From Camelus dromedarius (Eukaryota): 64,000 nucleotides of DNA. The notes beneath the pieces were generated by a model, which saw nothing but the letters and a program-made list of their open reading frames with translations, made no database searches and was not told the DNA's origin. The translations under genes and the position numbers were made by a program. Location: the NCBI RefSeq assembly GCF_036321535.1, contig NC_087447.1, positions 45,012,001 to 45,076,000 of the forward strand, read 5' to 3'. Below are positions 1 to 12,879 of the stretch, piece by piece; position 1 is the stretch's first letter; every line of letters begins with the position of its first letter.

Positions 1-310
1 TTGTTGATGGTATTGTGTGATCTCCTTTACAAGAATATGATTTGTTAACATTTGTTAATGTTTTGCATGTACTTTAGACGAATGAATATTTCCTGTCATT
101 TGGGGTGTAGGCTCAGTATATATTCATAGGAAATATCTCTTTTATTAGGCTTGTTTGTTGTGTGTACTCTTGACTACTCTTGGACCAAAACTTAAAAAAA
201 ATTAGTGTAACTCTTGATTACTCTTGGACCAAAATTTAGAAAAAAACAGTGTATCTAAGTCTTCCACTGTTAATTTTTCTGTTTATTTCTTCTTGCATCT
301 GTGTTGTTAG
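1..310 (-). mobile_element. Old L1 fragment (ORF2 endonuclease region), antisense
   Basis: T-rich text such as 'aagtcttccactgttaatttttctgtttatttct' is the reverse complement of the L1 ORF2 'gaaatagacaaatccacaattatagttggagacttc' region; heavily decayed. Confidence 0.55.
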
Positions 311-329
311 AAGATAAAATACAATCATA

Positions 330-925
330 ATAAACAATCTATAAGAAGGTTAAAAAAAGGTAGAAAAGGCAACAAAGAACATATATGAGAAATATAGAAC
401 AAATAAAAGACGATGAACTAAATCTAACCTTTTCAGTAATCATTTAAAATATCAATGGTCTACACACCCAATTTTAAGACAAAGATTGTTAAATGAGATA
501 AAATAACAAGACCAAACTGTGCTAATTACAAGAGGCACACTTGAAGTAGAAAGACACAATGAAGTTAATAGTAAAGGGATGGAAAAAATTACACAATGCT
601 AACACTAGTCAAATAAAGCTGAAGTGACGATTTTAATGTCAAATACGTTTAGAGGAAATAATTTTACCAGAGATAAAGAAGGTCAATTTCATAATGATGG
701 GAACTAAACTAAGAAAGAGATGATAAAATTCTAAATGTTTATGGCTCTAATAAGAGGAATTTGGAATGCATGGTGTAAAAACATATAGATCTGCAGGAAA
801 AAAATAGAAAAATCCAAAAATACAAGTGGAAATTTCAATTCCCCTTTTCCATAATCAATAGAACAAATACACATAAAATCAGCAAGAGTATAGTAGACTT
901 GTACAATAGCGTCAACCATTCTCTA
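330..925 (+). mobile_element. Old L1 fragment (inter-ORF region and start of ORF2 endonuclease domain)
   Basis: Co-linear with the L1 consensus: 'aatatcaatggtctacacacccaatt', 'caagaccaaactgtgctaattacaagag', 'aaagggatggaaaaaatt', 'accagagataaagaaggtca', 'gaaaaaaatagaaaaatcca..gtggaaatttcaa'. Confidence 0.75.
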
Positions 926-3616
926 GCCCTTGAGAAAGCTCTAAATAAGTACACTTGCTTATTCCACTTGAATCTTCACTATTTCTGATCCTCTTTTTTA
1001 TTAAAATAGTAGAGAATGCAGAAATTTAGAAGGAAAAAGTAAAGTAAAGTGGATCCTTCACTGGACAGTTCTGAAGTTCCCCTGAGTGCAAATCCCTTCT
1101 TTCCTGTTGACTGCTTTGTGGGAGGTTTGGGCAATATCACTGCTTTTTACCTTTCAGAAAATATAAACAAATTTGTCAAAACATATCTTCCTATATTTAT
1201 TCCTGTTACCATCTAGCACGGGTTTTTGCATAATTTGTCTCACTTTATATCCTGGTTTTGACATACTGACTTCCTTGAAAAACTCAAGAAGTTCATATTC
1301 ACAAATGAAGGCATTGCTATTGAGGTCAACCTTTACAAATGATTCTTAGAGTTCATCAAGTCTGAATGGGAGCCATCTCCTACATTTAAAGATGGTCTAT
1401 GATATTAAAATGCCAGTAAAGGTGGACAACATCTCTGTGGATAAGTTTGGTAAAAACAACTTTCAAATTGCTTAGGATGTAAAGTCACAGAGCACCTGTT
1501 CTGGCCCAACGGCATCTGACCAGTGCTCTCAGACAGCTTCTGCTCCCCAGAATCTCTGCAGCTGTCTGATTATCTTTTCTGTGACAGAATATAATGGCTT
1601 ATTTTAAAAATTCATGGTCTATATTTCTTACCTCTTCTTATAAATTTTTCTTCATTTCCTTCCTGCTTTGCAAATTCTCATTAAGTTACTCTTGCTTAAA
1701 TCCTGATATTTCAATTCTGTTAGCCTATAATGTGTGAGTTATCTCTGCAGGAATGACATGTCATTTTTCTTTTGTTCCACTGCACTTTTCTCTTATCATG
1801 GACCTTGCTATTTAGTAGAAATACCATCTTCTTGTATATTTATTGAAAAAAATCAAACATATGTTTACTTAAATTATCTTAATATTTTGAAATGTACTAT
1901 TAATCAAGAAAATAGTTTTATGAGTCCATGGAGCATTGAATTTTCTCTTTATCAGCCTTTAAATAAATATAAACGAATTCAAGTTTGTGTAAAAATCCAG
2001 ATTAATAAGGAAAAATACTTCAGATTATTTTCATTATACCGAGAACTGATAGAATTTTCTTTTCATGTCTAACTGGATGGTGAGTGACAATAATCAATGT
2101 GTAACTGAGTTACTAGCATCTGGTGAGCCTGCATCCCAAATTAACCCTGATTTTTCAAGAGATTACCCACAAAATATCACAGCTAGTTAATGAAACACTC
2201 TAAGCCTGGGTTTAATGGAAACCAGCCAAGATCACAAGGAAATACATGACACTATAGACTAAACAGTATTTTCTGCTCCTCATTGGTTTTAAAGTCATGA
2301 ACAAGAGAAGAAAGTTTTCAGAGTAGGATTTTTCACTGGGATGAAAATCCTGCTCCTGCTTCCTGCCTTAAAGATCTCTCTGTTTCTGTTCATCCTATAG
2401 AGCTCCTTCTCACTCACTCGAGCTGCCTGTATCCTTGTGTGGGTGTAGGCACAGAGGCAGGTGGGTAGCTTGTAGCAGAGGTGGCACAGATGGAGGTAAA
2501 CCTGGTGAATCTGTCAGGGCCCCAACAAGAAACAAAAGACACACACAAATGTCAGTCTGAAAAGAACTTAATAAAGTTGCTACTAAAGTTGTTGATGGGG
2601 TTGAGAACATAAAAATGGATGTTGAAAAAAATGGATATTGGGTATCCAAAGACCAATATCACAAAAGCTTCATCACTCCCTTGTTCTGAAGGAGAAAAGG
2701 AAGAAAAAAGCGGGCTTGGGGTAAAAATGGTAAGAGCTGTAGCTGTGGCAGATGAACTGCCTGGCAAATGCTTAAGGGACACAACAGAGCTCTGGTGTCA
2801 AAGCAGGCTGAGAGTAGAAGGAAAAAACAAAACTCAAACACTTTTCCTCTTGCATTCTAAATCTCCTGCCAGTGACTCCCAATGACTTGATCCATCGAAT
2901 GCAAGAAGACAAAGGGTCCTGAGTCATACAGGTATGAGCTTCCAACCTCCAGGAGAGTCCAGTGCAATTCAGAGAGAGCAGAGCAAAGAGCTGGGCAGGT
3001 AAATGGAGCAAGAGCTAGATCCTTCCCTTCTCTCCCTCTCTGTCTCTCCCTCTCTCTTATTTATTCATCTATATCTTTTGGGCTTTTTTTTTTTTTTTTG
3101 GTCCAAGTCTGGTCATCTTGCTCTATTCTCCTACAGTCTCATCATCGTCTGGCTGGGCTTTGCTCATCTGAAGCATTTTCTATTCCGGCATCTGCGTTCA
3201 CATTACTGGGATAATGCTTATTCCACCAGACTGACTTTTCTCCCAAGTAACAGTTATCAATGAACAAGAAATCTCTGTAATTCATGCCCCAGTCACTTCT
3301 GTTTCTTTGGTTGTGTATGTGTATGTGCGTGTATATGACTATTATATTAATTTTTATTTTAGGGGAAAGATATAAATCATTCATTATGGTTTTTGATTCA
3401 ATTTGATTGGTCTGAGAGAAAGTCCTTGCTTTTCTCACATATATTTAGCTCTTGTCAATATTTTGAAGCTTCTGTGAAGGTTTTCATTTTTTCCCTTTCA
3501 CAATCATTTTACAATTGTTTATATGAAAATTGAAAACATATCTCAAAGGCATTCGGTATCCCCATCATCTTTGAAAGTTTACTATCCACCATAAAAGAAG
3601 CTAAAGTCCATGAACG

Positions 3617-4600
3617 TCATGAAGAAGGTCTCTGATGCCTTACTTTCTTTTCCAGGCTCAAACAAAACACCTTTTGGAAGCCTGCTCTAAGTTCTTTAGT
3701 CCTAAGTGCATACACCATAGGGTTGAGGGAAGGGGGGATAATGTTATGCAGCACATTGAGTAGGACTGGAATCAAAGTAGCTTTAGTCTCTGCCAGGTGA
3801 GTTACTGAAATCACTACAACAACTGTGTAGAAGAAGAGGATAAGGATGAGATGGGAGGTACAGGTGCTCAGAGCCTTGGACACAGCTTCAGCTGAGTTCA
3901 GTCTAAGTACAGAGCGCAGAATCAAAGTGTATGACAATATTATAAGACTTAGATCACTCCCCATTCCAAGCCATGCCAGAACCAACTGGCAAATGCTGTT
4001 TGGTCTCCTGTCATCACAAGCCAGTCTAGTGACCCCAAGGTTAGAACACAGACAATGCTCAATCTCATTCCTGAAGCAATAATTACGCTGGGCTGCAAGC
4101 ACAGGCACTGGAATGACGACCAAGCCATTCCGAAACACCATGAATAAGGTAGCTTTTAAGATTAAGGCATTGGTGACAATTGATGGGTAGCGAAGAGGGT
4201 GGCAAATAGCTACATATCTATCAAAAGCCATGCAGAGGAAGATGCCTGACTCCATGCCAACAAAGCAGTGGATGGCATAAATCTGAGCAAAACACTCAGG
4301 GAGGCTAATGACCTTGGCATCAAACCAGAAGATGGCCAGGATCTTGGGCATGATGGTGGTGGCCAACCCCATGTCCACCACAGAGAGGATGCCTAAGAAA
4401 TGATACATGGGCTGCTGAAGTGCAGAGTCCTGGCAGATGGTGATGAGGATGAGGGAATTGGCACCGATTGCTGAGAGGTAGAGTAATGCCAGCGGTAAAG
4501 AAAGCCAGTGTTGCCAGCTGTGAATGCCTGGGAATCCCATCAAGATGAACTCAGAGACCTGGAATTTCGAGCTATTGGAGACTTGCAGAGACATAGACAT
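3617..4600 (-). CDS. OR56B1: Olfactory receptor 56B1, intact, 327 aa
   Basis: 7-TM ORF with [27 protein letters not shown] and PPSLNPMVY. Subfamily-diagnostic [32 protein letters not shown] and [20 protein letters not shown] match recalled human OR56B1. ATG confirmed at 4600; acceptor (ttttctcttag) 6 nt upstream. Confidence 0.9.
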   Translation of the reverse strand: MSMSLQVSNSSKFQVSEFILMGFPGIHSWQHWLSLPLALLYLSAIGANSLILITICQDSALQQPMYHFLGILSVVDMGLATTIMPKILAIFWFDAKVISLPECFAQIYAIHCFVGMESGIFLCMAFDRYVAICHPLRYPSIVTNALILKATLFMVFRNGLVVIPVPVLAAQRNYCFRNEIEHCLCSNLGVTRLACDDRRPNSICQLVLAWLGMGSDLSLIILSYTLILRSVLRLNSAEAVSKALSTCTSHLILILFFYTVVVVISVTHLAETKATLIPVLLNVLHNIIPPSLNPMVYALRTKELRAGFQKVFCLSLEKKVRHQRPSS

Positions 4601-5332
4601 ATTCTCCTAAGAGAAAAAAAAACAAAACATGTTTTTCAGAGTTGCTGTCTCTGCGCATAATTGTATTAAACATTTTTTTAAAATTGTCTCTACATAATGT
4701 TGTTTGGTGCTATTAACCAAATAAATTCTGTAGTCCATCTCGTAATAATATAAGATAAATTACAATGAAGTTCTAGGGCTTTAGAAGTAGAGCGTAAACA
4801 TAAAAGCAACAGTTATCAATGTTGATTATTCAGGGAAAATCCTACGTGAATCTCAAATCTCTATTTGTCTTGTGCTCAGTTACTGCAGGTTAGGACCAAA
4901 ACATAAATATGATTCTCAACTTTTGTTTGTTCATTTGTTTTTTAAACCTCTAATTTTCTCTTTCTCTTTAGTAACTTTGTGGAATCGAGTGAATAAGTTT
5001 GTTCTCTTCATTTTTTTCTCAATCTTCTCTGAGTCAGACTTTTATTAACAATAAGTAGATTTTTTTAAGTGCAGAATTATGGCAGATTAAATTTTATAGC
5101 TACATCACTCCAGCTTGTAATCATTGTCCATAAATATTTTGTATAGCCTTCCAATAATTTGGTATTATAGACTTTTAAGGGTTTGCAGCCATAAGGCATG
5201 CTGCAGATTGGAAGAAGAATAGCTTTCTTTGATATTCTACTTTGTATGGCCTTCTGAGGAGGTCACAGAAGAATAGCTTAAAAGGGAATTAACAAACCTG
5301 ACTTCCTTTTCCATAAACAATTGCTTCCTTAC

Positions 5333-5420
5333 CATGTTGTCTTCTCTCCTTTACTTCCTCTGTGCACCCCTTCTCTTCAGCACTGCTTCTGTAATCTCAC
5401 CTGGTCACACTTGTCTCTGC
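5333..5420 (-). other. Putative upstream exon of OR56B1 ending in ATG|GTAAGG
   Basis: The minus strand reads ...gagaagacaacATG|gtaaggaag (donor GT at 5332-5331), about 730 nt upstream of the coding-exon acceptor. The 5' boundary is a guess. Confidence 0.4.
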
Positions 5421-7199
5421 CCAAGCTTCTCTCTTTTTGTCAGCAATCTGACCTTTCTAAGATTGATATTCCCTTGCTTAAAATAACTTATATCTTCACA
5501 CCTCCCTTCACATACAATTCAAATTCCTTTATGGTGCACAAAGCACCTTCTGACATGAACAAATTTACTGAGTATCATCTTTGGTTTTACCTCCTTGTAT
5601 CTTATATACTTCAGATACACAAAATATTTGCTCTTGACTAAAATTGTTGACTTTGCAAAGCATTTAATTATTAATATGTTCACCTTGGTGGAAGCTATTG
5701 TAGGTTTACGAGCAAGAAAACAAAAGAGACTAGAAAATTGTGCTTTAAAACATAAAACACGAAAGTTTTTAAATGAAATGTTTAGATTATTAACCATTTA
5801 ATTATATTGGTTATAGGTTTATTCTTGATAAAATTACTTTTAAACACAAAAAAATTCTAAAAGAAATTAAAATTCTTCTGCAGCATCACCAATGAAAAAA
5901 GATTGATCTTAACAACTAGATGCCCTTTTATCAGATATTCAGATAAACATATGCTGCCTAGTTATGAATAAACCATCCTTTTTAAATGGTGGGTGTAATT
6001 TGATAAACAGTAAAGTCATCTAAATGTATTCATGGCAAAGTTTAATGAGTAGCAGACAAACAGGTTTAGAGACGAAGCTAGATTGACTTTGGACTTTTAG
6101 ATGAAAATTCTGAAGGTTCTGAAGGAATAGCTCCATCATGAGCGTTTGGAAGCGTGTAACTTACTTGACTGCACAAGGTCCGGCATTTTTGTCAAATACT
6201 CATTTATTGTTATGCATCCTTGTATAAAAAACACCTTGTATCTTTGATGTTTTTTCCATTTTCTTTAAATGTTTATCCTTGGTTCATGGTCATTTGATAC
6301 AGCTAAGATAAAAAGCAGATCTGAGATCACAGAAGAAAATAATTACTTTTAATGTTTTTTTCCCCCAGCAATTAGAGGTTAGCAGGACTTGGAATATAAT
6401 TCTTCCATGTAAAACAGTTAATATATGAATCCTGAAGGTAGGTAATCTGGCATCTGTTTCGTAGAAGAGGTAACTTCTACAGTGCCATACGGATGTTATA
6501 TTTTTCTAATTCTAGTCACAACCCCCTTGAAAAGTCTCTCCAAGCCTCTGTATCCTGCTAGGGTAGAGGTAAGGGTCAGTCCATTGTGTAGGATGTTACC
6601 AAAAGCAGTGTAAGGAGAGGTTAATGATTAGCCTTGAATATTCTGGGATTTAACCAATGTGACTATGACAAGGCTTTAGTACTTACTGTGGTTTTGAGCA
6701 GAGACTCACAAGTAAGGTCCTAGCAATGGCAGAGGTTTCCTACCAGGTGGAAATACACCTATTTGAAAAAGGAGATTTCACAAGAGATGAAGAAGGATTC
6801 TCAGATGACTCATGGCATAGAGACTATGAGTGTGTTGAATTTATGGGATGTTTACTACTCATAGTTTACTACTCAAGCAGCTCAGTCCTCTAAGGTTAAT
6901 AGACCTCCTTTGGAGACATGAGGAGAGAATGGCCCATAGAGAAAGCTAAATTCCTAGGATGTTAAATCCCAAAAGGCTAGAAAGGATATCAACTCACAGT
7001 TATGTTTCTAGTAATGTAACCTGAGAACTTATATAAACAGAAAAATACCTTCATTTGTGAAACCAAGTTGGCCCCACAAAGAGTGGACAATTTTATTAGA
7101 GTATTTGAATTGTTATTGAGTACAAAAATTCAGGTCATTCTAAATTCTCTGGTTAGGAGGTTGCACTTTTTAAAAAAGTACTCTTAAAGGGGAGAGTAT

Positions 7200-8150
7200 T
7201 CATTCATCCCAAAATATATGCTGACTTGCTATAGTATTTAGAAGATATGGTAGCCATAAAATGATTATTAAAACTGTCACAGTCCCTGTCCCATGGAAAT
7301 TGTGATCTAGTTGGGGCAGGAGGGAAAGTACTGATTGAATCATCAAGAAAATACATAATTATGGACTGAATAAATGCTTTGGAGCAAAAGTACCCAGAGA
7401 TATGAGAGCTTATAATGGAAATAATTAATTTGGTCTTGATGTCAGAGGATTTCCTGAAGAAATGCCAGTTTGTGTTGAGGTCAAGTGTTTGAACGTGAGT
7501 TACCTATGGTGTGTTTGGTGGGGTGAAAGGAAGGCAGGTGAAGTATCCAAGGAAGTTTAAGATGCTGAAATGAGAGGGATTGTGGCATATTCTATATAAT
7601 AAATGTGGCTTCAGCTCTGAGATGTGGTGAAAAATGAGATACTGTGGGAAATAGAGCTGTTGAGGTAACAGAGACCAGAGACTTACAAGCAAGCTTGTGC
7701 TAAAATCATAAGAGACCACTGAAGCCAGAGAATTCACACATGGCAGCAATGTGGAGACAAGATTAAATGTAGCAAGAATGAATATAAGTAAGTCAAGTAG
7801 GCAACAGTGATCCAAGGGAGAGATGATTATACCTTGAAGTAGGACATGGGAAGCAAAGGTGAAGAAAAGGGCATGGATTTGGAAGATATGTTGGAGGTAA
7901 AATTAATAATTTTTATGACTGAAGAACAATTCTAAGTTCCTGATTTATGCAGTGGGATGACATGTGATGCTATTTACATACTTAAGGAAGATTGAAGAAA
8001 GACCAAGTTACAGGGCGAGAGAATGAATTCAGATTAATTATGTCAACATGAAGTATCTTAGAGGCAGGCATGTAAAGATTGTTTAGCCAGCACATGGAAG
8101 AGTTGTCTCAAAGAGCAAAGAAGCAATTTGAGAGAAAAAATGGAATGACC
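7200..8150 (-). mobile_element. L2 LINE fragment
   Basis: Starts 'ttcattcatcc..' (reverse complement of the L2 3' end), followed by 'cagtccctgtcccatggaaattgtgatctagttgggg', 'aggatttcctgaagaaatg' and 'ggatttggaagatatgttggaggtaaaatt'. Confidence 0.6.
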
Positions 8151-8184
8151 AGTATATTATTGGACGATCTTTAGAGTATAGAAT

Positions 8185-8738
8185 ATATTCATCTTTATTA
8201 TCCAATTTGTTGGCACATAATTTTTCATAGTAGTTTCTTATGATTCTGTGTATTTTGGTGGTATCAGCTGTAATGTCTCCTCTTTCATTTATGATTTTAT
8301 TTAATTGAGTCTTCTTTCTTTTTTTAGTCTATCAAAGATTTGTCAATTTGGTATAGCTTTTCAAAAAAACAGGTCTTAGTTTTATTGATCTTTTATACTG
8401 TTTTTTCTGGTCTCCATTTTATTTCTTCCACTCTGATTTTTGTTATTTTCTTCCTTCTGCTAACTTTGCACTTAGTTGGTTCTTCTTTTTATGATTCCTG
8501 GATGTATACAGTTAGGTTGTTTATTCAAGATTTTTTTTTTATAACACATGAATTTGTTGCTGTAATCTTTTCTCTAAGAACTGCTTTTGCAGCATCACCT
8601 AGTTTTTGGTGTGTTGTGTTTCCATTTTCATTTGTTTCAAGTCTTTTGAATATTGATGTCTTTTATTATTTTATTCTACCTGAAATCTTTTTTATGAAAT
8701 CTGTGGCAATGCTATGAAACTATGATTATTTATAGTCT
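8185..8738 (-). mobile_element. L1 ORF2 fragment, antisense
   Basis: 'tgtaatgtctcctctttcatttatgattttattt', 'gatttgtcaatttg..ttttcaaaaaaacag', 'tttctctaagaactgcttttgcagcatc' are typical antisense L1 ORF2. Confidence 0.75.
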
Positions 8739-9231
8739 TGTTACTGAACCAAAGCTTCAGTCCACTTGCCCTCACACAGTGAAGCCAATCTACACTCCCC
8801 GGGTTGTGCTGAAGGAAAGTACAGTATTTACTATAGATGGCATACAAGGACTTCTGGACAGCTAATGCTCAGAAAGTCCAAATTCCCTGATGGGTTTCAA
8901 AAAAGCATTTTTGAAGGGAAGGTGAGGGAGGGGAGTCCCAGTGTATGTGATCATCTTGTGCACAATTCTGTGATTGGTTGATGGTGAGATAACAGGACAG
9001 TGTTACAGAGGTTAACATTATCAATCCTTAGGCTCCAGTAGGTCTGAGGTCTACATGCTTATGGTCATCTAGTAGTTAATTTCTTCAATTTGATGGGGGT
9101 TTTGGCATCTGTAAACAACTCAGGAAATATTTATCAGATACTGTATCTGGGTACTTCAGAGAGGAGCTAAAGCAGAAGCATGGGTGAGGGGGTGTGTTCT
9201 GGGAAGGCCCCACTGGGTCCTGCTAGTTACA
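8739..9231 (-). mobile_element. Solo ERV1-type LTR
   Basis: TG...CA termini (tgttac...gttaca), about 490 bp, with near-matching 4-bp flanks gtct/gtgt. 'ctgtgattggttgatggtgag' and 'gggtcctgct' are shared with the LTR at 18978-19514. Confidence 0.75.
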
Positions 9232-10029
9232 GTGTCTCACCTTCATGTTAATTTTGAATATTATGCAGAAAATGTTCAAGTAATTTTCTTAGTTTCCCTT
9301 TTCAGCTCAAAAGAAGAAAAGTAACCATTGTCCTCCAGACCCTGTACACATAGAAATACATTTATTATAATATTTTATATATTTCATTATTCTACTTCTC
9401 CCTCCAAACTTTACACTCTGTGAAAGCTTTATTCGATGAAAAGAGACAACTCATTATTTGGGGAAGAGGCAAGTATATGAGATTCATCCAAGGAGAGACC
9501 TGGTCAGACACCAGGTCACTATGTTTCTCATAAGACGCTAAGAGATTTACACCTCATTATATTATTGACCTCACAGTGTACTTTCTAGTTTTATCTTTAA
9601 GACATTGTTGAGACAACAGAAGACTTTGGGGAATGATGAGAACACATAGTGCATTTTTTTCAGGTTAAATCACAGTTATTAAATAGGAAATTCAATTCAC
9701 AATTAAAAAATAGCAGTTTTGGTCATCTGGTCCCAGATCATTGGTCTCACGAGAGTCAGCTTTTTAGATAACTGCTCCAGCTTTACATTAGTATTTTTCT
9801 CTATTGGAATTCGATATTATTGAAACTTGAGCTATACAGAGAACCTGGAGGTGAAAAACATATGTGGAGGCTTGAAAAAATTTGGTATTCTATAAAAAAA
9901 TTAACGGGGATGGATTAATCATCACATTAACTTGGCAAGATCAGATACCTATTCTTGGAAAGTCTCTTGACTAAACAAACAGAAACATTCTTTCCTTTTC
10001 CCTCCCCTCTTCCCAGGCAAATGTCCTTC

Positions 10030-10997
10030 TCACATACTGTGGGATTTGATATACTTAGAACTTGAAAGAATCCTTACAATACAGTCTCTTATGTGCTTAG
10101 TTTTCACCCCATAGACAACAGGATTCATAGTGGGAGGTAGGAGCAGATAAGTATTGGCCACAATGATGTGGCAAGATGGAGGAATTGTGTGGCCTCCAAA
10201 ACAATGGGAAAAGAAGGAGAAGAAAGCTGGACTGTAGGAAAAAAGACAATGGAAGAGATGTGAGCAGTGCAGGTGCCAAAGGCCTTCTGCTGAGCATCTG
10301 CTGAGGAGAGGCTGACCACTGCCCAAAGGATCATGGTGTAAGAGAGTGTGATGCACTGGATGTCAAAGCCCCCAGTCAGAAGGGCAACCATCAGACCATA
10401 GATAACATTGAGCTTGATATTTCCACAGGACAACTTGTCTACAGACATGTGGTCACAGTAGGTGTGGGGAATGAATTTGCCTCTGCAGTCAGGCAGGCGC
10501 TTAATGAGGAAAGTGAAGGGAGTGATGAGCAGCACCCCTTTGAGAAAACTGGAGAGCCCAGCCTTTGCAATGACAGGATTGGTGAGGATAGTTGAGTAGC
10601 GCAGAGGGTAGCAGATGGCCACATAGCAGTCCAGGGCCATCAGCATGAGCACCCCAGACTCCATCCTTGTGAAGGTGTGAATGAAGAACATCTGAACCAG
10701 GCATTCATTAAAGCCAATTTCCTTGAGATGAAACCAGAAGATGCAGAGAGCTTTAGGGATTGTACTAGAGCACATGACAAGGTCAATGAGACAAAGCATG
10801 GCCAAGAAGTAGTACATGGGCTTGTGCAGGGCGTCCTTATAGTGTATGAGGTAGAGGAGTCCACAGGTCCCTACCACAGCCATAGCATACATGGAGCAGA
10901 ATGGGAGGGACATCCACATGTGCATGTCCTCCAGCCCTGCGATCCCATTAAGTATGAAGGAGGCTGGATTCATGTCTGTTTGGTTCAGCACTAGCAT
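10030..10997 (-). pseudogene. OR52N4: OR52N4 pseudogene (2-nt frameshift in TM6)
   Basis: MLVLNQTDMNPASFILNG..HYKDALHKPMYYFLAML..HTIPPSCHIIVANTYLLLPPTMNPVVYGVKTK..ILSSSKYIKSHSM* matches recalled OR52N4. The A6 run at 10239-10244 (A4 expected) shifts the frame. True ATG is 10997; the ORF-track start at 11003 is TTG. Confidence 0.88.
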
Positions 10998-12879
10998 AAT
11001 CAAGCTAATGTGATCATTAATCAGCTACAGCACTTGTGGATCCTCCTAGAAAAAGATAAGAGGAAGAACCATCTTGGTTATCATCACTGCCTTCATTTCT
11101 TTTGCCTTTTTTCTCCAAGATACATTTCAGTGGGCAAATAGCCAATTTTTGACTTCCAGGGAATATGAGCATAAACACTTTTTTAATCAAATGGATTCTT
11201 GTATGTGCATATTTTTTTTTCACTCATTCATTTATATATGTAGTCCACAAATACTTTTTAGTGTCTAACTTGCCTAATTCTATAATAGGCAAGTAGTATT
11301 CATTTATAAAATAAGAACTTTTTGTTATTATTTTTGAAGCTATTTTTGTTGACATATTATTTAAATATTAGTAACTATAATCCAGGCAGCAAAATCATGA
11401 AACTTTAAGTATATCATATTTTGAGAAAAAATAATGGTTTCTCTTGTACATGGGTACTAGGAGGCTGGAGCTGGGGCAAGATATTGGGCCAAGGCTGGAT
11501 GATGACATACAGTCTGTCAATTTCTGAATAGCAAGATTCTCCTAAGGAAATGGTCAGCCTGAAGGCCATATTTTAGCTACCTGTTTCTCAGATATTATAT
11601 TGAAAAGTGCAGGACTCAGAATGCCTTAAGAATTACTGAAATGAAGGTTAATGGCTAAAATTTGGAAAACACAAAAGTAGCCTGGAAGAATAAAACCATA
11701 ACATAAATGCATAAATTACTGTAAAAAGATAAACTAAGTGCAACTTTATATACCATCATCAATCTTCATTTCCAGAATTTACAGGCAGTGATTCCCCCAT
11801 CCCCACACCAGACCATTCCCAATTCTTATGACATGAAAATAGGTTCTTCCTATAGATATAATGCAAAATACATATTGGCTTAAAATATATTTTGGCTTCA
11901 GTGAGAATTTACAGATAGATCTTAATTCAAGTGAAATCAGACACTCATAAGAGAAAGAGGTAGGCAAGTAGGCAGCAGGAGAAATTTGAACATAATTCTT
12001 ATGACCTAGAATTGTTCTCTGTATATTTCCCATTATTCTCTGACATGGCAGTGGTCCATTCCTGACTTCCACACAAAGCAAGCATTCCTACATGGTTGAA
12101 GGGTTGTTTATGTAGATGCATATGTATTATAATCACTTAAATAGATTCTTAAGGCCAAAGGCAAGAAATAAATATTTCTACCAGTCCTTGCACCATCACC
12201 ATGCATCTCTTTCTGACTTGAACTTAGATCAATGAAATAAAACATTTATATCTATGGGGAAAAAAAGAAAAGCAATTAGTATCTATCTTAAATCCATTTC
12301 TCTCTTTATCCCAATGGCTAAAATAAAAATTCTGCTGTCACTGACCCCTGTATTGTTATATTTAAATACCTTAGGTCTTGGAGGGCAAAGAAAGGAGATG
12401 CTGTGTACCTGGTTCAATATTACAGGAACTTGGTTGTGTAAGCATCACAGTCTCTGGGCAAGATTTTAACTCTAGATTTCTTTCCTGTTGATCTAAGCCT
12501 CAAGGAAAATGAGTGTTACATATCCCCAAAGTCCCAAGGAATATTTCAAAACATCAAAGGCCATAGGCTAACCTCCTGGGTGCTCAAATGGGGACTGACA
12601 CCTATCTAAACATGTATATGTATGTATATATTCAGGTATGTATGGATACATGTTTGCATGAATATATTTATTATGTAAATGTGTGCAGGTATATAGCTGG
12701 ATATAAATCAGAAGTAAGATGTTTTATTAAAAACTAATAATTTCATTACTGTAGGGCTCAGTTCCTTTCCCTGTGAAGTTTTGCAAAGGTCCTGGGGGAG
12801 TCAAGTTGAATAAATTTAAATTATGTAAATTATTCACATAATCATTCACTAAATCACTCTTTTAAAATATATTCATTTG

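Noticed and set aside
2410-3263. Overlapping 60-88 aa ORFs downstream of OR56B1 as a gene or retrocopy
   Set aside because: No recognisable domain, stops in all frames, and no poly-A or TSD. More likely UTR or noncoding exons. A tBLASTx search would settle it.
6850-6876. Direct repeat gtttactactca(t/a) twice
   Set aside because: A two-copy 13-bp slippage duplication; too small to suggest function.
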